DNA from: an uncultured Verrucomicrobiae bacterium
Lineage (GTDB): Bacteria; Verrucomicrobiota; Verrucomicrobiia; Limisphaerales; UBA11358
Length of the DNA stretch: 64,000 nt
Assembly (NCBI GenBank): GCA_963827815.1
Contig: CAWHCL010000010.1
Location: 128,482-192,481, forward strand
Reading direction: 5' to 3'
The notes below the pieces were generated by a model. That model was not told the DNA's origin, ran no database searches, and saw only the letters and a program-made list of their open reading frames with translations. The position numbers and the translations under genes were made by a program. Each line of letters starts with the position of its first letter. The first letter of the stretch is position 1. This document shows, piece by piece, positions 32,402-44,874 of the stretch.

Positions 32402-35400
32402 ATGAAATGGCCCCGGTTGTGCGCAATGTTGGGCCTGCTGATGACGCGCGCCGCATTGGCCACGGACCCAATGTATGAAAATGACGGCACCGTGGATTAT
32501 ACCGGCGCAGCAGGTACCTATCCACCCCAGATTGACGCGACTAATTTTGTCAACGCTAACGGCGGTGTGTTCATCATTGATTGGAATATTATCTCGGATC
32601 TGGCCAACAACTATTACGAAACTTTGAACACCGTCAATTACACCAACAACAATTTGATGAGCAGCGACGACGGCTTCTGGTTCATGACGCAGACAACCAA
32701 TGTGATTTCACAGCAGATGGCCGGCACCTTCTATAATGCGGGCGAGGTGGATTGCAGTTATCAGTGCGTCGTCTGGGCAACCAACATCCTGAATCCCGGG
32801 ACCGTGAACGTGCCGGGCTATTTGACCATCGTGAATCAGGGCACGCTCGCGACGGGTACGTCCGCCCTGTTGCAATTCACCGGGCAAAATGTGGATTTGA
32901 CCGGCAGCGCGCTCAGCATAGCGGGTGGCCAGGGATCCGCCCAGGCGGTCGGGCTTTTTGGCAAGATCGGTCAGGACACAAACAGTGATTGGGATGCAAG
33001 TTTTGATTTGGGGTCAACCTACGCGTTCCCTTCATTTCCCGTGAGTGGTTTGTTGCCGCCAAGCTCGGGCGGTTATGGCTTCCCCAACCTGCCGCTGAAT
33101 ACGACGCCTTATTTTAATGTCACAGCGGTCGGGACAAACACCATCATATACCGGGCGGTTTTCCTGCAGGATACCAGTGGTGCCGGCGTCTCCCACAATA
33201 CCTACTTCGACAGCGCCGGTTTTGTTGGCGGCGGCAACGCCACCGTTGAATGGGTCGGCTCCTATGTGGACCCGGCGACAGGTATTCCGGCCACACATTA
33301 CCTCTATCTGAACGATAATTATCTCCAGTCTGTCGCCACCAACGATCCGATTGCCAATGGCGTGCCGTTTAATTTCACGTTCACAGAGAGCCCCACGCAA
33401 ATAGGCCTTGGCACCCCCACCGCCGCCGGCTTTTTGAATGTGTTCGATTCCGGTTTCGTCAGCAATCGTTTTGCCTATGTCAGCGCGCAGTTGATCGCAA
33501 CGAGTGCGGGTACCAACAGCATTCCAAATCACTCCATCACGAATCTCCCCGCCCGGATTCAGATCAATGCCAGCCACGAGCTGAATTTGGCGCTGGCCCA
33601 GATTACCCAGCCGGATTATCTTTCGTTGCGGGCAACCAATCAATATGATGGCAATGCGGGCGCGCGAATCGCCGCGCCGTTCAGCGACATCAATCTCGGC
33701 GTCACCAATGGATTCAATGGGCCTCTTGCCTTCACCAATCTTCTGCCCCAGTCGTTTCCAATCTGGGGCGGCACGTGTCAGGCTTGGAGTACGCGCTGGT
33801 TTGTCCTGACCACCAACACCTCCATCGTATTTTCCAACGCCATACCCATTGCCACCAACAACTTTGCAGTGACTAACGATTTTCGCATCGAAATTGTTGC
33901 CAGTCAGCTCGCGCCAACATCCATCGCCCAGGTGCAGAACCTGGTTTTGCATGACACCAACAGCGTGGTCATAAGTGACGCGCTCAATGTCCTGCAATCG
34001 CTGTCCATTAACGCGCAAAGCCTGACCTTGACGACCAATGTCTTTGGCAATGGCGCGAGTTCCGCCGACGGCGAGTTGAACTTGGAATCAGCCGGCATAC
34101 TCTGGCCGGGTTCGTTGCCGAATCTGCTCTGGCTCACCAACAACGGCGGCATCAGCACCATGAATCTCGCCAATTTTGGCTCCGCCGCACAGCCTTATGG
34201 CGCCTTCGTCAACAGCGGCCGCGTAAGCAATTTGGGCGGCTCCGCCATCTGGGCGCTGGATTTTGAAAACTACGGGACGTTCTTCTCCGGCACCGGCAGC
34301 TTTAACCTGCAATCCCTGGCCACGACCATGACGAATGGCTCGGTTGTTGCCGGTGGTAACATCACCATTGGGACAGCCAGCTTGGTGGCAAGCAACTCGG
34401 TCTTGTCCGCTGGGGCCGCGCTGAATCTTACGGTCACCAATTTGCTGGCGGATACCGGTGCCACCAACGGCAATATCTGGCAGATTGGCGGCAAGGCCCC
34501 AAGCGCCAGCCCGGGTATTTATTTTAACAACGGCTTCAATCTGCCTATCAAGCCGCCGGTCAGGCGATTTGCTGGGGACGACGGTTTCCAACGTGGTGCC
34601 TCCTCAGGCAGTTAGTGGCCTTGTCACAAATCTCAATGTCACCATCAATAACCTTTGGTCGGGCTTGGATGATGGCGTTTCCAATTCGGGCTACACGAAC
34701 AATGTCGCGGTGGGACATCTCATTTTGGATGCGCAGGGGAAAAACAGTATGTTCAAATTCTACGGTACCGGCGCAAGCAACGCGATTTATGTGGACCGTT
34801 TGGAACTGCGCGATTATGCCAGTTGGACCAATTTGGCCGGCAGGGACATCCACAACAATCTGCTGGCGCTGTCGTTTAATACCAATCTGGTGATTTATTA
34901 TGCCGATGCGATTTCCCAGGGCGCTGGTGATGTGTCGGAGGAACTGGATCAAAAGAATAACGGCCATCTTCGATGGGTCCCGTCTTACGCCGGCTATTTC
35001 AGTTCCACCAACATCGTTATCTGCCGGCGTGACCAATACGGTAAATGTTGCGTTGGCTCAGAGCCATGACATTGATTCCAATGGCAATGGTATTGCCAAC
35101 GTCTCTGACCCCGTGCCGTTCTTCTTGGCGGGCATGATCAATTTGGCGGTGTATCCGACCAATCAGCCGGCAAACACCGTGGCGATCAGTTGGGATGCTG
35201 TTCCGCTGGCAACCAACACCGTTCTCTATTCGACCAATCTTGTGAACTGGCAGCTTTTGTCGAATGTTTATATTCCGACAAATCCTTTTATCACGCCGAG
35301 TCCATATCCCGGGCCGGTGACAAACATCATTATTTTTGACCCGAAATCCGTTCCTGGACGGTTTTACAGGGTTTCGATTTATCCGTGGCTGACATATCCA

Positions 35401-35406
35401 TATTGA
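32402..35406 (+). pseudogene. secreted ~1000-aa protein of unknown family with [FY][FY]RV C-terminal module (locus gene C); two +1 frameshifts as assembled
   Basis: Signal peptide MKWPRLCAMLGLLMTRAALA. N-terminus DPMYENDGTVDYTG...PPQIDATNFVNANG. Asn/Thr/Ser-rich beta-helix-like body. Junctions at ~34559 (gg) and ~35025 (cc). Ends ...GRFYRVSIYPWLTYPY. Confidence 0.55.
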
Positions 35407-35506
35407 TGAATGCCGAAACTGTGCACAACGAACGTTGATTTGTTTGGTGAATGTCTGGCGCTTTGCGTTGCGTCAGGCTCGAAGGAATAAACTTGTGAAA
35501 ACGAAC

Positions 35507-38500
35507 ATGCAAACATTTGCAGGCCGGGGGCTGGGAAGCCTACTCCGGAGCGCTGGCTTGGCAAGGCTGGGACTTATGGCTCTGGCCGGTTTGACGTTGA
35601 GCGTCGCCCATGCGCAGCCGGCAAATGATAATTTTGCCAGCGCGATTGACCTCACCCCCTATGGCGACACGGGTTCAACGACCAATAGCAACGTGGGAGC
35701 AACCATAGAGCCGGGTGAACAAAATTTAGATGGTATTACTGTCTTCGCTTCGGTCTGGTATTCATGGACGGCCTCCACCAATGAAACCACGGAGTTTGAT
35801 CCCAACGGCAGTGCTTTTGGCACGAATCTGGCCTTTGTACAGGTTTTTACAAATAAGGCTGGCGGTAGTATCAGCAATCTGCAGTTTGTGGCCTATAGCT
35901 ACTCCGGTTATTATGGTGGAACTTTTTATAATTCCACAAATAGCTTCCAGGCGGTGGCGGGGCGGACATACTACATATCCGTGGCGGGTTATCAATTTCA
36001 GAGTGCCACCGGGGCCATTCAGTTGAATTGGTCCTCTGGCCCGCCTATTCCTCCGCCCTCCAACGACAACTTTACCAACGCCGCCGTTCTGACGGGCGAT
36101 TGGGGCACTACAAATGTGAACAACAGCCGGTTGCCACCCATGAGCCCGGCGAACCAAGTATCGCCGGTTCTCCGCCAAACGCCTCGGTTTGGTATCAGTG
36201 GACTGCGCCGTCGGATGGCGAAGTAACCTTGGATACCATCGGCAGCAGCGTTGGACACGGTGCTGGCGGTTTATACTGGCACCAGTCTGGCGGACCTTAA
36301 CCAGATATCGGCCAATGACGACCTTTTCCCGGTCAACACCAGTCTTGCGCAGTCCAGTGGAGCCGCTAATGAAACAGCCGACAGCTCGGAAGCGGCGCTC
36401 TTTGGTCCCGGCTCCACCCCGGTATTTGGTTACTATCAGCCTTACTATGGTCCCAGCGGCCTTCGCTTCAATGCAAAGGGTGGAACGACTTATGACTTTG
36501 CGGTGGATACAAAAAGCGGGACGGCGGGTCCCATTTCGCTGAATTGGGCCTACAAGTCTTCAGGCGTTTTCCGCTGGGCCACGGAAGATCGGGATCTGCA
36601 GACGGGGCAGCAGCTTTATCAAACGGCGCAGACGGAAAGTGCCACGCCCGCGGGGCTTAATAACCAATCTCTTTCAGCCGTGTCCACCTATTACACTTAC
36701 AACGTCCCCGGCGTTTTGGTGACGGTCACCCGCGTCGCCGGCTCTACTGGGCGCGTGACGGTGGATTATTCTACCGAAGATGGTACTTTTGTGCCCATTC
36801 CGTTCAATGACGTTCCCGCCTTCGCCGGAATTGATTATCAATCCGTTCATGGCACTCTTGTTTTTGACGATTACGAAATGAGCAAGACCATTCTCGTTCC
36901 AATTGTTAATTCTGGGGCCAACTTGTATAACATGGATTTTGGAGTGGTGCTGTCAAATCCCCAGTTGGACCCGTCCGAATCCAGCGACGTGTCCCCGCCC
37001 CGCGTGGATCCGTCGTTCAGCACCGCCATGGTGAAAATCTTGAATACAGGCGCCGATCCTTACGGTCCTGACTACGTTCCGCAGTTGTTAACCAACATGG
37101 TTGCTGTTTATGATACCAATGTTCCGCCGAATTTCTTGTACAATACCAACGTTGTTTCCACCAACACGTGCTGGCCCTTTATCCCACCAATGCCATTTTC
37201 AACTTTGAGAAGGCCAATTATCGCGTGCCGGCGGATGTGAATGGAACCAATAGTCCGTGGACACAGGTCACTCTTTGGGTGGAGCGGTTTGGAACGAATG
37301 CCAGCGCTCAGACCCTCAATTATCGGGTCAACAACTTCCTCGGTGTATGATCAGCAAGTCTGACGAAGAGGAGAACGCCTTAATTTCCGCTCCAGCCGGG
37401 TTCCGACTATGCCGTCCCGACTCCGCCCAGCCAGCAATGTGTTTAAGGGGAGAAATTCCGATTTCAACCTGGCTTACGGGCACCATCAGTTTTCCGGCGC
37501 ACTGGCGCCGGCGAAGCCCTTACCAACCCATCACCTTCACCGTGACCAACGCGCAGCCTCACGAAATTCAACAAGGATTTCAAGATCGAGCTGTTTCAGA
37601 CAAAAACTGTTGGTGGCCACAATGTGCCGGTGCTCGTGGGCATGAACAGCGAAACGACGGTGACCATTTTGTTCAATGATCAAAATCCCCCGGCGGGTTC
37701 CGTGGACGAGCTTTACAACGCGGATTTCAACGGCGACCTTGCCCTGCCGCCCGCCCAGGTCCCACAAACCTGGCCGGTCAACAATCTGGAAAATCCCGGC
37801 GTTTCAGGCCAGGTGTATGGCTCTGGCGGTTCTCACCAATGACGAGACCATCATCGCCGGCAATTTTTTCATCCTATAATGGCTATGCCCAGAACAACCT
37901 CGCGCTGCTCAACACCGATGGTTCGATGGACACCTCCTTCAATCCGGGCGACAGCGCCAGCGGCGCCATCAACGCCCTCGCGCTTTACGGCAGTCAATTT
38001 GTCATCGGTGGCGCGTTCACGTCTTATAACGACCAGGGCGTCGGCAACTTTGCCCGGGTGAACTGCGGATGGTTCGCTGGACTCGGCCTTTTCCATCTCC
38101 CAGGGTTCGGGCGCGGATGCCGCCGGTTCGCGCGGTCGCGGTGCAGCCGGATGGCAGGGTGGTCATCGGCGGTGATTTCACCCACGTGGATGGAGTCGCG
38201 CGCAATTATCTGGCAAGGTTGAATGCCGATGGTTCGTTGGACGCGTCCTTCAACCCCGGCAGCACTTTGAACGGTTCGGTTTATGCCTTGGCGCTCCCCC
38301 AGTCCACGGTTTTTAGCCTGATCCGCAATGATCCCACCAACAGTCCCAATGAGGACGTTCAGTATATCAATCTCGGCACGTTGACGTCCGGCACCTTGAC
38401 AATTAATTACAACAGTTATCTCTACACGAATTTCATGGGCGTTTTTTACGGTGGCACCAACACCGTCACGGGGGCTGGGGTCAGTCTGGGCGCTTTCACC

Positions 38501-41500
38501 AACATCGGCGCCGGCACGATTGTGATTCCCTTTGGCCCTACGGGACTTCTGCGTACCGTCAGTACCAATCAGTTGGCCATCGTTATGAATCAGGGCGGCT
38601 CGCCTTACCCCGTGTTGACGTGGACTTATACCGCCTCGGTGACTGCGTCGCTACGTCAGCGGGATGCTCGTTGGCGGACAGTTTAATGTCGCCGGGCAGT
38701 CCTACGCCAACATCGCGCGCTTCACCACCAATGGGGTGCTGGACACCACCTTTAATCCCGGCACGGGGCCGGACAACACGGTGCTGGCGCTCGGGTGGCA
38801 GTTGAACAATCAGGTCGTCGCGGGCGGCGTCTTCACCCATGTCAATGGCAACTCCTATAATCATATCGTCCGGTTCAATGCGGATGGTTCGATTGACACG
38901 ACCAACTTTTTTGTCGGCACCGGCGCGGACGACGTGGTTTATAACATCACCCTTCAGCCGCTGTTCGGTTCGATGTATGTCGGCGGGGCGTTCTCATCGT
39001 TCAATGGCACGCATCGCCGTGGTTTCACCCGCTTGTATTCCAACGGCACGGTGGACACCACGTTCCTGGACATGGCCTACAATCAGTTTGCCGGTTTGAA
39101 GCGGATTTATTCCTATGACTCGCCCGCGGTCTATGCCTCGGGTTTTGAGAGCGATGGCAATGTGCTGATCGGCGGCTCCTTCGAGCAGGTGGGCGGCGGC
39201 CAGGCGGATACAAATGTCTGCGACGTTTTGGATGACGAATTGGGTTATGACGAAAGTTTTGACCGATTCCGAATTTGTGGGTGGAGCCCAAGACGCGCGA
39301 TGGCGTTCGCAACCGCAGCGGCATCGCCCGTTTGATCGGCGGTTCGACGCCGGGCCCCGGCAATATCAGTTTGCAGCAGACCAGTTATTCGGCGAATAAA
39401 AGCTCAGTCGTCGCTTTCCGTGGGTCTGGTGCGGACCAATGGAAATTTGGGTCCGATTTCGGCCGCCTTTTCCGTGCTGCCGGGGCTGGCACAAAGCGGC
39501 AGCGACTACGCTTATAGCGGCGCTCCGCCACTGTTTTGGATAGACTGGGATATACCGTGATATCCTATCCGTCGCGCATGCACGAGGACGGCTTGTCCGG
39601 CGTGAACGGTTTTCTGGTGGATCCTTACGGCATGTAGTCTGACAACGGCTACGAAGGATAAGGCCATGAACAACCTGTCCACGGTCACGGTCAGCATCAT
39701 TAAAGACACCCAGAACCCGGGCAATCTGAATGCCCAGTTCCAACTGGCCAACCCCGCGCAGGCAGGATCAATTTTATCTGGGCGGTGAAAACATTCCGCT
39801 CGGCGCCGCATTGGGAACCTCCCTCTCGCCGCTCACCATCATTGACGATACCCAGAAGCCGGGCGTCTTTGGTTTCAGTTCCTCAACTTATGTCGCGACC
39901 AACGCCAGCCCTTCCATCAGCGTGCTTCGCAGCAACGGCATTGCGGGCAGCATTTCCGTGAAATACTCCACCATCAACAGCAACAGCACGGCGGTGGTGG
40001 GCACGGATTATACGGGCCTTACCAATGCCGGACCTTTGGTTTTCAACCAGGGTGTTGTCAGCAACGCATTTCATGTAGCGGTCAACAATAATGGCCTCAT
40101 TTACACAAACATTGTGGAAAAGACGGTTGATTTGGCGCTGTCGTCCCTCGGAACCTCGCCGGCAGGCGCGACCTATGGAATATCAAACGCCATCCTCCGC
40201 CTCATCAATCCCAATTTCCGGGGTTACCTGACTCTGGCCGCCACCAACTTCAGCGCCACTGAAAGCTCCGGTTCCATCGCCTTTGTCGTCAACCGCGTCG
40301 CCGGCAGTTTGGGCAGCGTTTCCGTCCAATACTACACCACCAACGGCTCGGCCCTGAATGGGAGGGATTACACCGGCTCCACCAACACCTTGAATTGGAA
40401 CAGCGGGGACGTTTCGCAAAAAATCATCAGCGTTCCGCTCATCAACACCGGCATCGTTGGCACCAACAGGCAATTTCGGGTTCTGTTGTTCAATCCCATC
40501 GGTGGGCACTCACCAATACTCCCGCGCTCATGGGCGCCATCAGCTAACGCCACGCTCACCATCAGCAATAACAACAGCTACGGCGCGTTGCAGTTCAGCG
40601 CGCCGGTTTACAACGTCAATGAAAACGGCGGTTACGCCACCCTCACCGTCACCCGCACGGGCGGCGCCGTCGGGCAGGTGTCCGTCAACTACGCCACCAG
40701 CGATGGCCAGAATACCACCAGCGGCGTCAATTACTCCAACACCCTCGGCACCCTCGTTTTTGCCGCCAACCAGGTCAGTGCCAGCTTTGCCGTGCCGGTC
40801 ATGGATGATGGCATCGTGGACGGCCCGCCCACCAATTTCTATTTCAATGTCACCCTGTCCAATCCGACCAATGCCGCCCTGGGTTCGCCAGCAGGCGCGC
40901 AGGTGCAGATATTGGATGCGGAAAGCTACAACCGGCCGCCTGGCTCGCCGGACACCGGATTTCAATGCCGCCGGCATGAATGGAAGCGTCTTCTCGCTCG
41001 CCCTGCAGCCCGGCGGGCAGATTCTCGCCGGTGGCAATTTCACCGCCGTGGGCACCACGGGCGAAGGCAGCTTTGCCCGCCTGAACCCGGACGGCACGCT
41101 GGACACCACGTTCCTCTCCGGCCTCGCCGGGGCGAATGGTTCGGTGCAGTCCATCGCGTGCCAGACCGATGGCCGTATTTTGCTGGGTGGCTCCTTCGGT
41201 TCCGTTGACGGCGTCTTCCGCAATTTCATCGCGCGGGTGCAGACCGATGGTTCCCTGGACACCAGTTTCAATCCCGGCCCCGGCGCGGACAACATGGTGA
41301 ATGCCGTTGCGGAAACCTTTATCAACGGCGTCCGCGAAATTTACGTCGGCGGCGCCTTCGGCAACATCAGCAGTGAATATCAGTCCCGGCATCGCGCGCT
41401 TGAATAATGACGGTTCCGCGGACGGTTCGTTCTCCGTCGGTTCGGGCGCGGACGGCGCGGTGTATGCCGTCGCCGCTTATCCGACCAATTCTCTTTACGC

Positions 41501-44500
41501 CGGCAAGCTTGTTGATTGGCGGCGCGTTCGCGCACTTTAACGGAACGCCTTTGAACGGTCTGGCGCGATTGAATGTGGATGGTTCGCTCGACACGAATTT
41601 CAACGCGAACCTCGGCCTCGGCGCGACCGGCGGCGTCGTCCGGGCGCTGGCCATTCAACTGGATGGTCGCGTGCTGGTGGGCGGCAGCTTCACCAATTTT
41701 AACGGCGCCAACGTGAATTATGTTCTCCGTTTGAACACCGACGGGACCGTGGACACGAATTTTGCCGCCGGCACGAGCGGCTCGGTTGAAGGCATCGCGT
41801 TGCAGGCGGACAACCGGATTATTTTGGTCGGCCAGTTCACCCAGGCCAACGGCGTCACGCGCAATCACATCACCCGCCTGCTGCCGACCGGCGCGACGGA
41901 TCCAACGATTAATTTCGGGGATGGCGCCAACGGCGACGTGGACGCCGTGGTTGTTCAGCCGGCGGATGGCATGTTGGTGATTGGCGGCAATTTCAGCCAG
42001 TATGACGACCAGCCGTATGCCAACATCGCGCGGATTTATGGCGGTTCCATCACCGGTTCGGGCCAGTTCGAATTCACCTCGCGCGAATTTTCAGGTGCAT
42101 GAATACGGCGGTAATGGCGCTGATCACCATCCTGCGCACGGGTGGCACCAGCGGCACCAATGCCGACGGTTCGGGCGACGTTTTCGTCAATTTTTCCACG
42201 ACCAACGTCAACTCGGCCGTGGCGGGTGTCAATTATACGCCCCAAAATCTCAATGTTGATTTCCCGGCGGGCGAGGTTTTGCGGACGGTGGCGGTTCCGG
42301 TGATGGACGACATGGCCATCACGACCAATTTGCTGGTGGGTCTGGTGCTGTCCAATCCCACGCCCGCGGGCGGTTTGGGCAATCAGCCGACTGCCACGTT
42401 GACGATTGTGAACGATGACAGCGCGGTGAGCTTTTCGTCCACTTTCTATTCGGTGCTGAAAAATGTCCAGAACGGGGTGGCGTCCATTGACATCATCCGC
42501 CAGGGCGGCACGAGCAATGCCTGCACGGTGGATTTCTACACGACCACCAACGGCACGGCCATTCGCCGGCATGGATTACGTCCCGACGAATGTGAACCGT
42601 GACTTTCAATCCCGGCGATTACGGAGTGGCCGTTCCCGCTTGCCGTCATCAACAACGGTTTGGCGGAGGGCAATCAAACGGTCGGTCTGGCGTTGACCAA
42701 CGCCGCGAACACGCTCCTGTTTGCGCCTTCCAACGCGACGTTGACCATCATTGACACCACACCCGCGCCGGGCCGGTTGAGTTTTTCCGCGACCAATTAC
42801 ACGGTCAATTCAACAGATCCGAATGCTTATGTCACCGTCATGCGCACGAATGGTTCCGTCGGCTCGGTTTCCGTCAACTACGCCACCGTTCCCGGCACGG
42901 CTTTGCCGGGCATCAACTATAATTCTGTCAGCGGCTCGCTGACCTTTGGCGCTGGCGAAACCGTCAAGACCTTCCCCGTGCCGCTGGTGAACCAATAGTC
43001 TCAGTGCATCCTCCGCGTGACGCTTCTCCGCTGGTGTTGTCGAATCCAACCAGGCGGCGCCACGCTGATTAATCCGACCAACACCACCGTCACCATTCTG
43101 AATAATAATTTCGGCGTCTCATTCCTCAATGCCACCAATTACGTCAGCGAGACCAACAGCACCGGCCTCATCTTTGTCCAGCGCATTGGCAATCCCACCA
43201 ATGGCTTCCAGGTCAACTACGCCACCACCAACGGCACAGCCCTTGCGGGAATTAATTACAATACCACCACCGGCGCGCTGAACTTTGTCAGCGGCGAAAT
43301 CCTCAAGACGATCTCCGTGCCCCTCATCAACAATCAGTTGACGACCAATCTGGCGTTCGGTATGACCCTGTCCGTTCCCACCTCCGGCGCCCAGTTGGTG
43401 GCGCCAAGCAACACGCTGGTGGTACTCCAGGCGGGCGCGGCGGGATTGAGTTTCACCAACTCAACCATGAGCATCTTCAAATCCAGCGGCGTTGCCGTCA
43501 TCCCCGTCGTTTGCTCCAATCCGGGCATCGAGCCGGCGATTGTGAATTCCAACTCCGTGCCGCTCTCCGTGCAATATTACACCGTGGATGGCACTGCCGT
43601 CAGTGGTCAGGATTATACCGGCCAGAGCGGAACGCTCGTCTTCACCAACGGTGCCGTGACCAACTCCATCACCGTTCCCATCAGCAACAACAGCCTGATC
43701 ACCGGCAGCCGCGCCTTCTCCGTGGTTCTTACCAACGCGACCGCCCCCGGCAAAATCACCTCGCCCAGCAACCAGGTCGTGACCATCATTGACAACAATT
43801 CCGGCTTGAGCTTCTCAAGCCCGACTTACACCGTGCAACAAGACCAACGTGGCCGTGACGATTACCATCCTCCGGACGGACAACACCAATACGGTCTCGA
43901 TGGTCAACTTTGCCACCGCCAATGGCACGGCCGTTGCCGGCACGGATTATATCGCGACCAACGGCACCTGCATTTTCACCAACGGCGTCACCAGCCAGAC
44001 GTTCTCCGTGACGGTGATTGCCGGCACAACCGTTCAGCCGGATAAAACGGTGCTCCTGCAATTGTCCAGTCCCACCGGCGGCATCCTCGCTCCGCCCAGC
44101 GCCGCCACGCTCACCATTTATGACACCAGCGGCAGTCTGGTGGTTCCGGCGGGCTCCGCGTTCTACCAGCCGGGAGGCGATCCCAACAACAACGGCATCA
44201 TTGACCCGGGCGAGGCGGTCAAGCTGTGGTTCGCGTTCCGCGCCGAGGGCGGAAACACTGTGACCAACCTGTATGCCACGCTCCTGGCCACCAACGGCGT
44301 CACCTCGCCGTCACCAAACACTGCCGTCAGTTATGGCCAGTTGAATGTCGGCGGTCCGTCCGCTTCGCGCGCTTTCAGTTTTACCGCCGTCGGCACCAAC
44401 AGCCAGCAGATCGTCGCGACGTTCCTCCTCACCAACGGTGTGACCAGCCTCGGCACTGCCGTGTTCACCTACACCTTGGGCACTTGGACGACCGTTTTCT

Positions 44501-44841
44501 ATAATACCAACGCCATCATCATCAATGCCGCAGCAACCGGTTCGCCTTATCCGTCCTCTATTACCGTCAGCAATCTCGGCGGTGTGCTCATCAAGGCCAC
44601 GGTCACGCTTACGAACATGTCCCACACCTTGCCATCGGCCATCAACACTCTGCTCGTGTCGCCTAATCAAAATGACACCTTGTTCATGTCCCACGCGGGT
44701 GGCGGGGGGAATGGCGGGCCGATTAATAACGTCACGCTCATGTTTGACGACGCGGCCACCAATTCCCTGCCGAACAACGGCCAGATCACCAACGGCGTTT
44801 ATAAACCCACCCGATACGGCGGGGCGCCCATTTTCCCATGA
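35507..44841 (+). pseudogene. giant (~3100 aa) secreted Calx-beta / delta-60-repeat propeller protein (locus gene D), fragmented into >=22 ORF pieces as assembled
   Basis: Signal peptide MQTFAGRGLGSLLRSAGLARLGLMALAGLTLSVAHA. There are two ANDNF...SVWY.WTA modules and many Calx-beta-like units (G.V.V.Y.T..GTA..G.DY....G.L.F..G). It also has delta-60-type repeats (DGSLD.SFNPG...) and a C-terminal P-domain-like segment. The translations of the ORF-track pieces from 35435-36226 through 43849-44841 continue one another across frame changes. Confidence 0.7.
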
Positions 44842-44874
44842 CAGCCATGCGCAACCTCAATCCAATCAGCCTTT

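Noticed and set aside
35507-44841. Diversity-generating or phase-variable mechanism for the giant gene
   Set aside because: There is no reverse transcriptase, template repeat, invertible-segment inverted repeats or long simple-sequence tract near the 5' end. The interruptions are scattered single-base indels.
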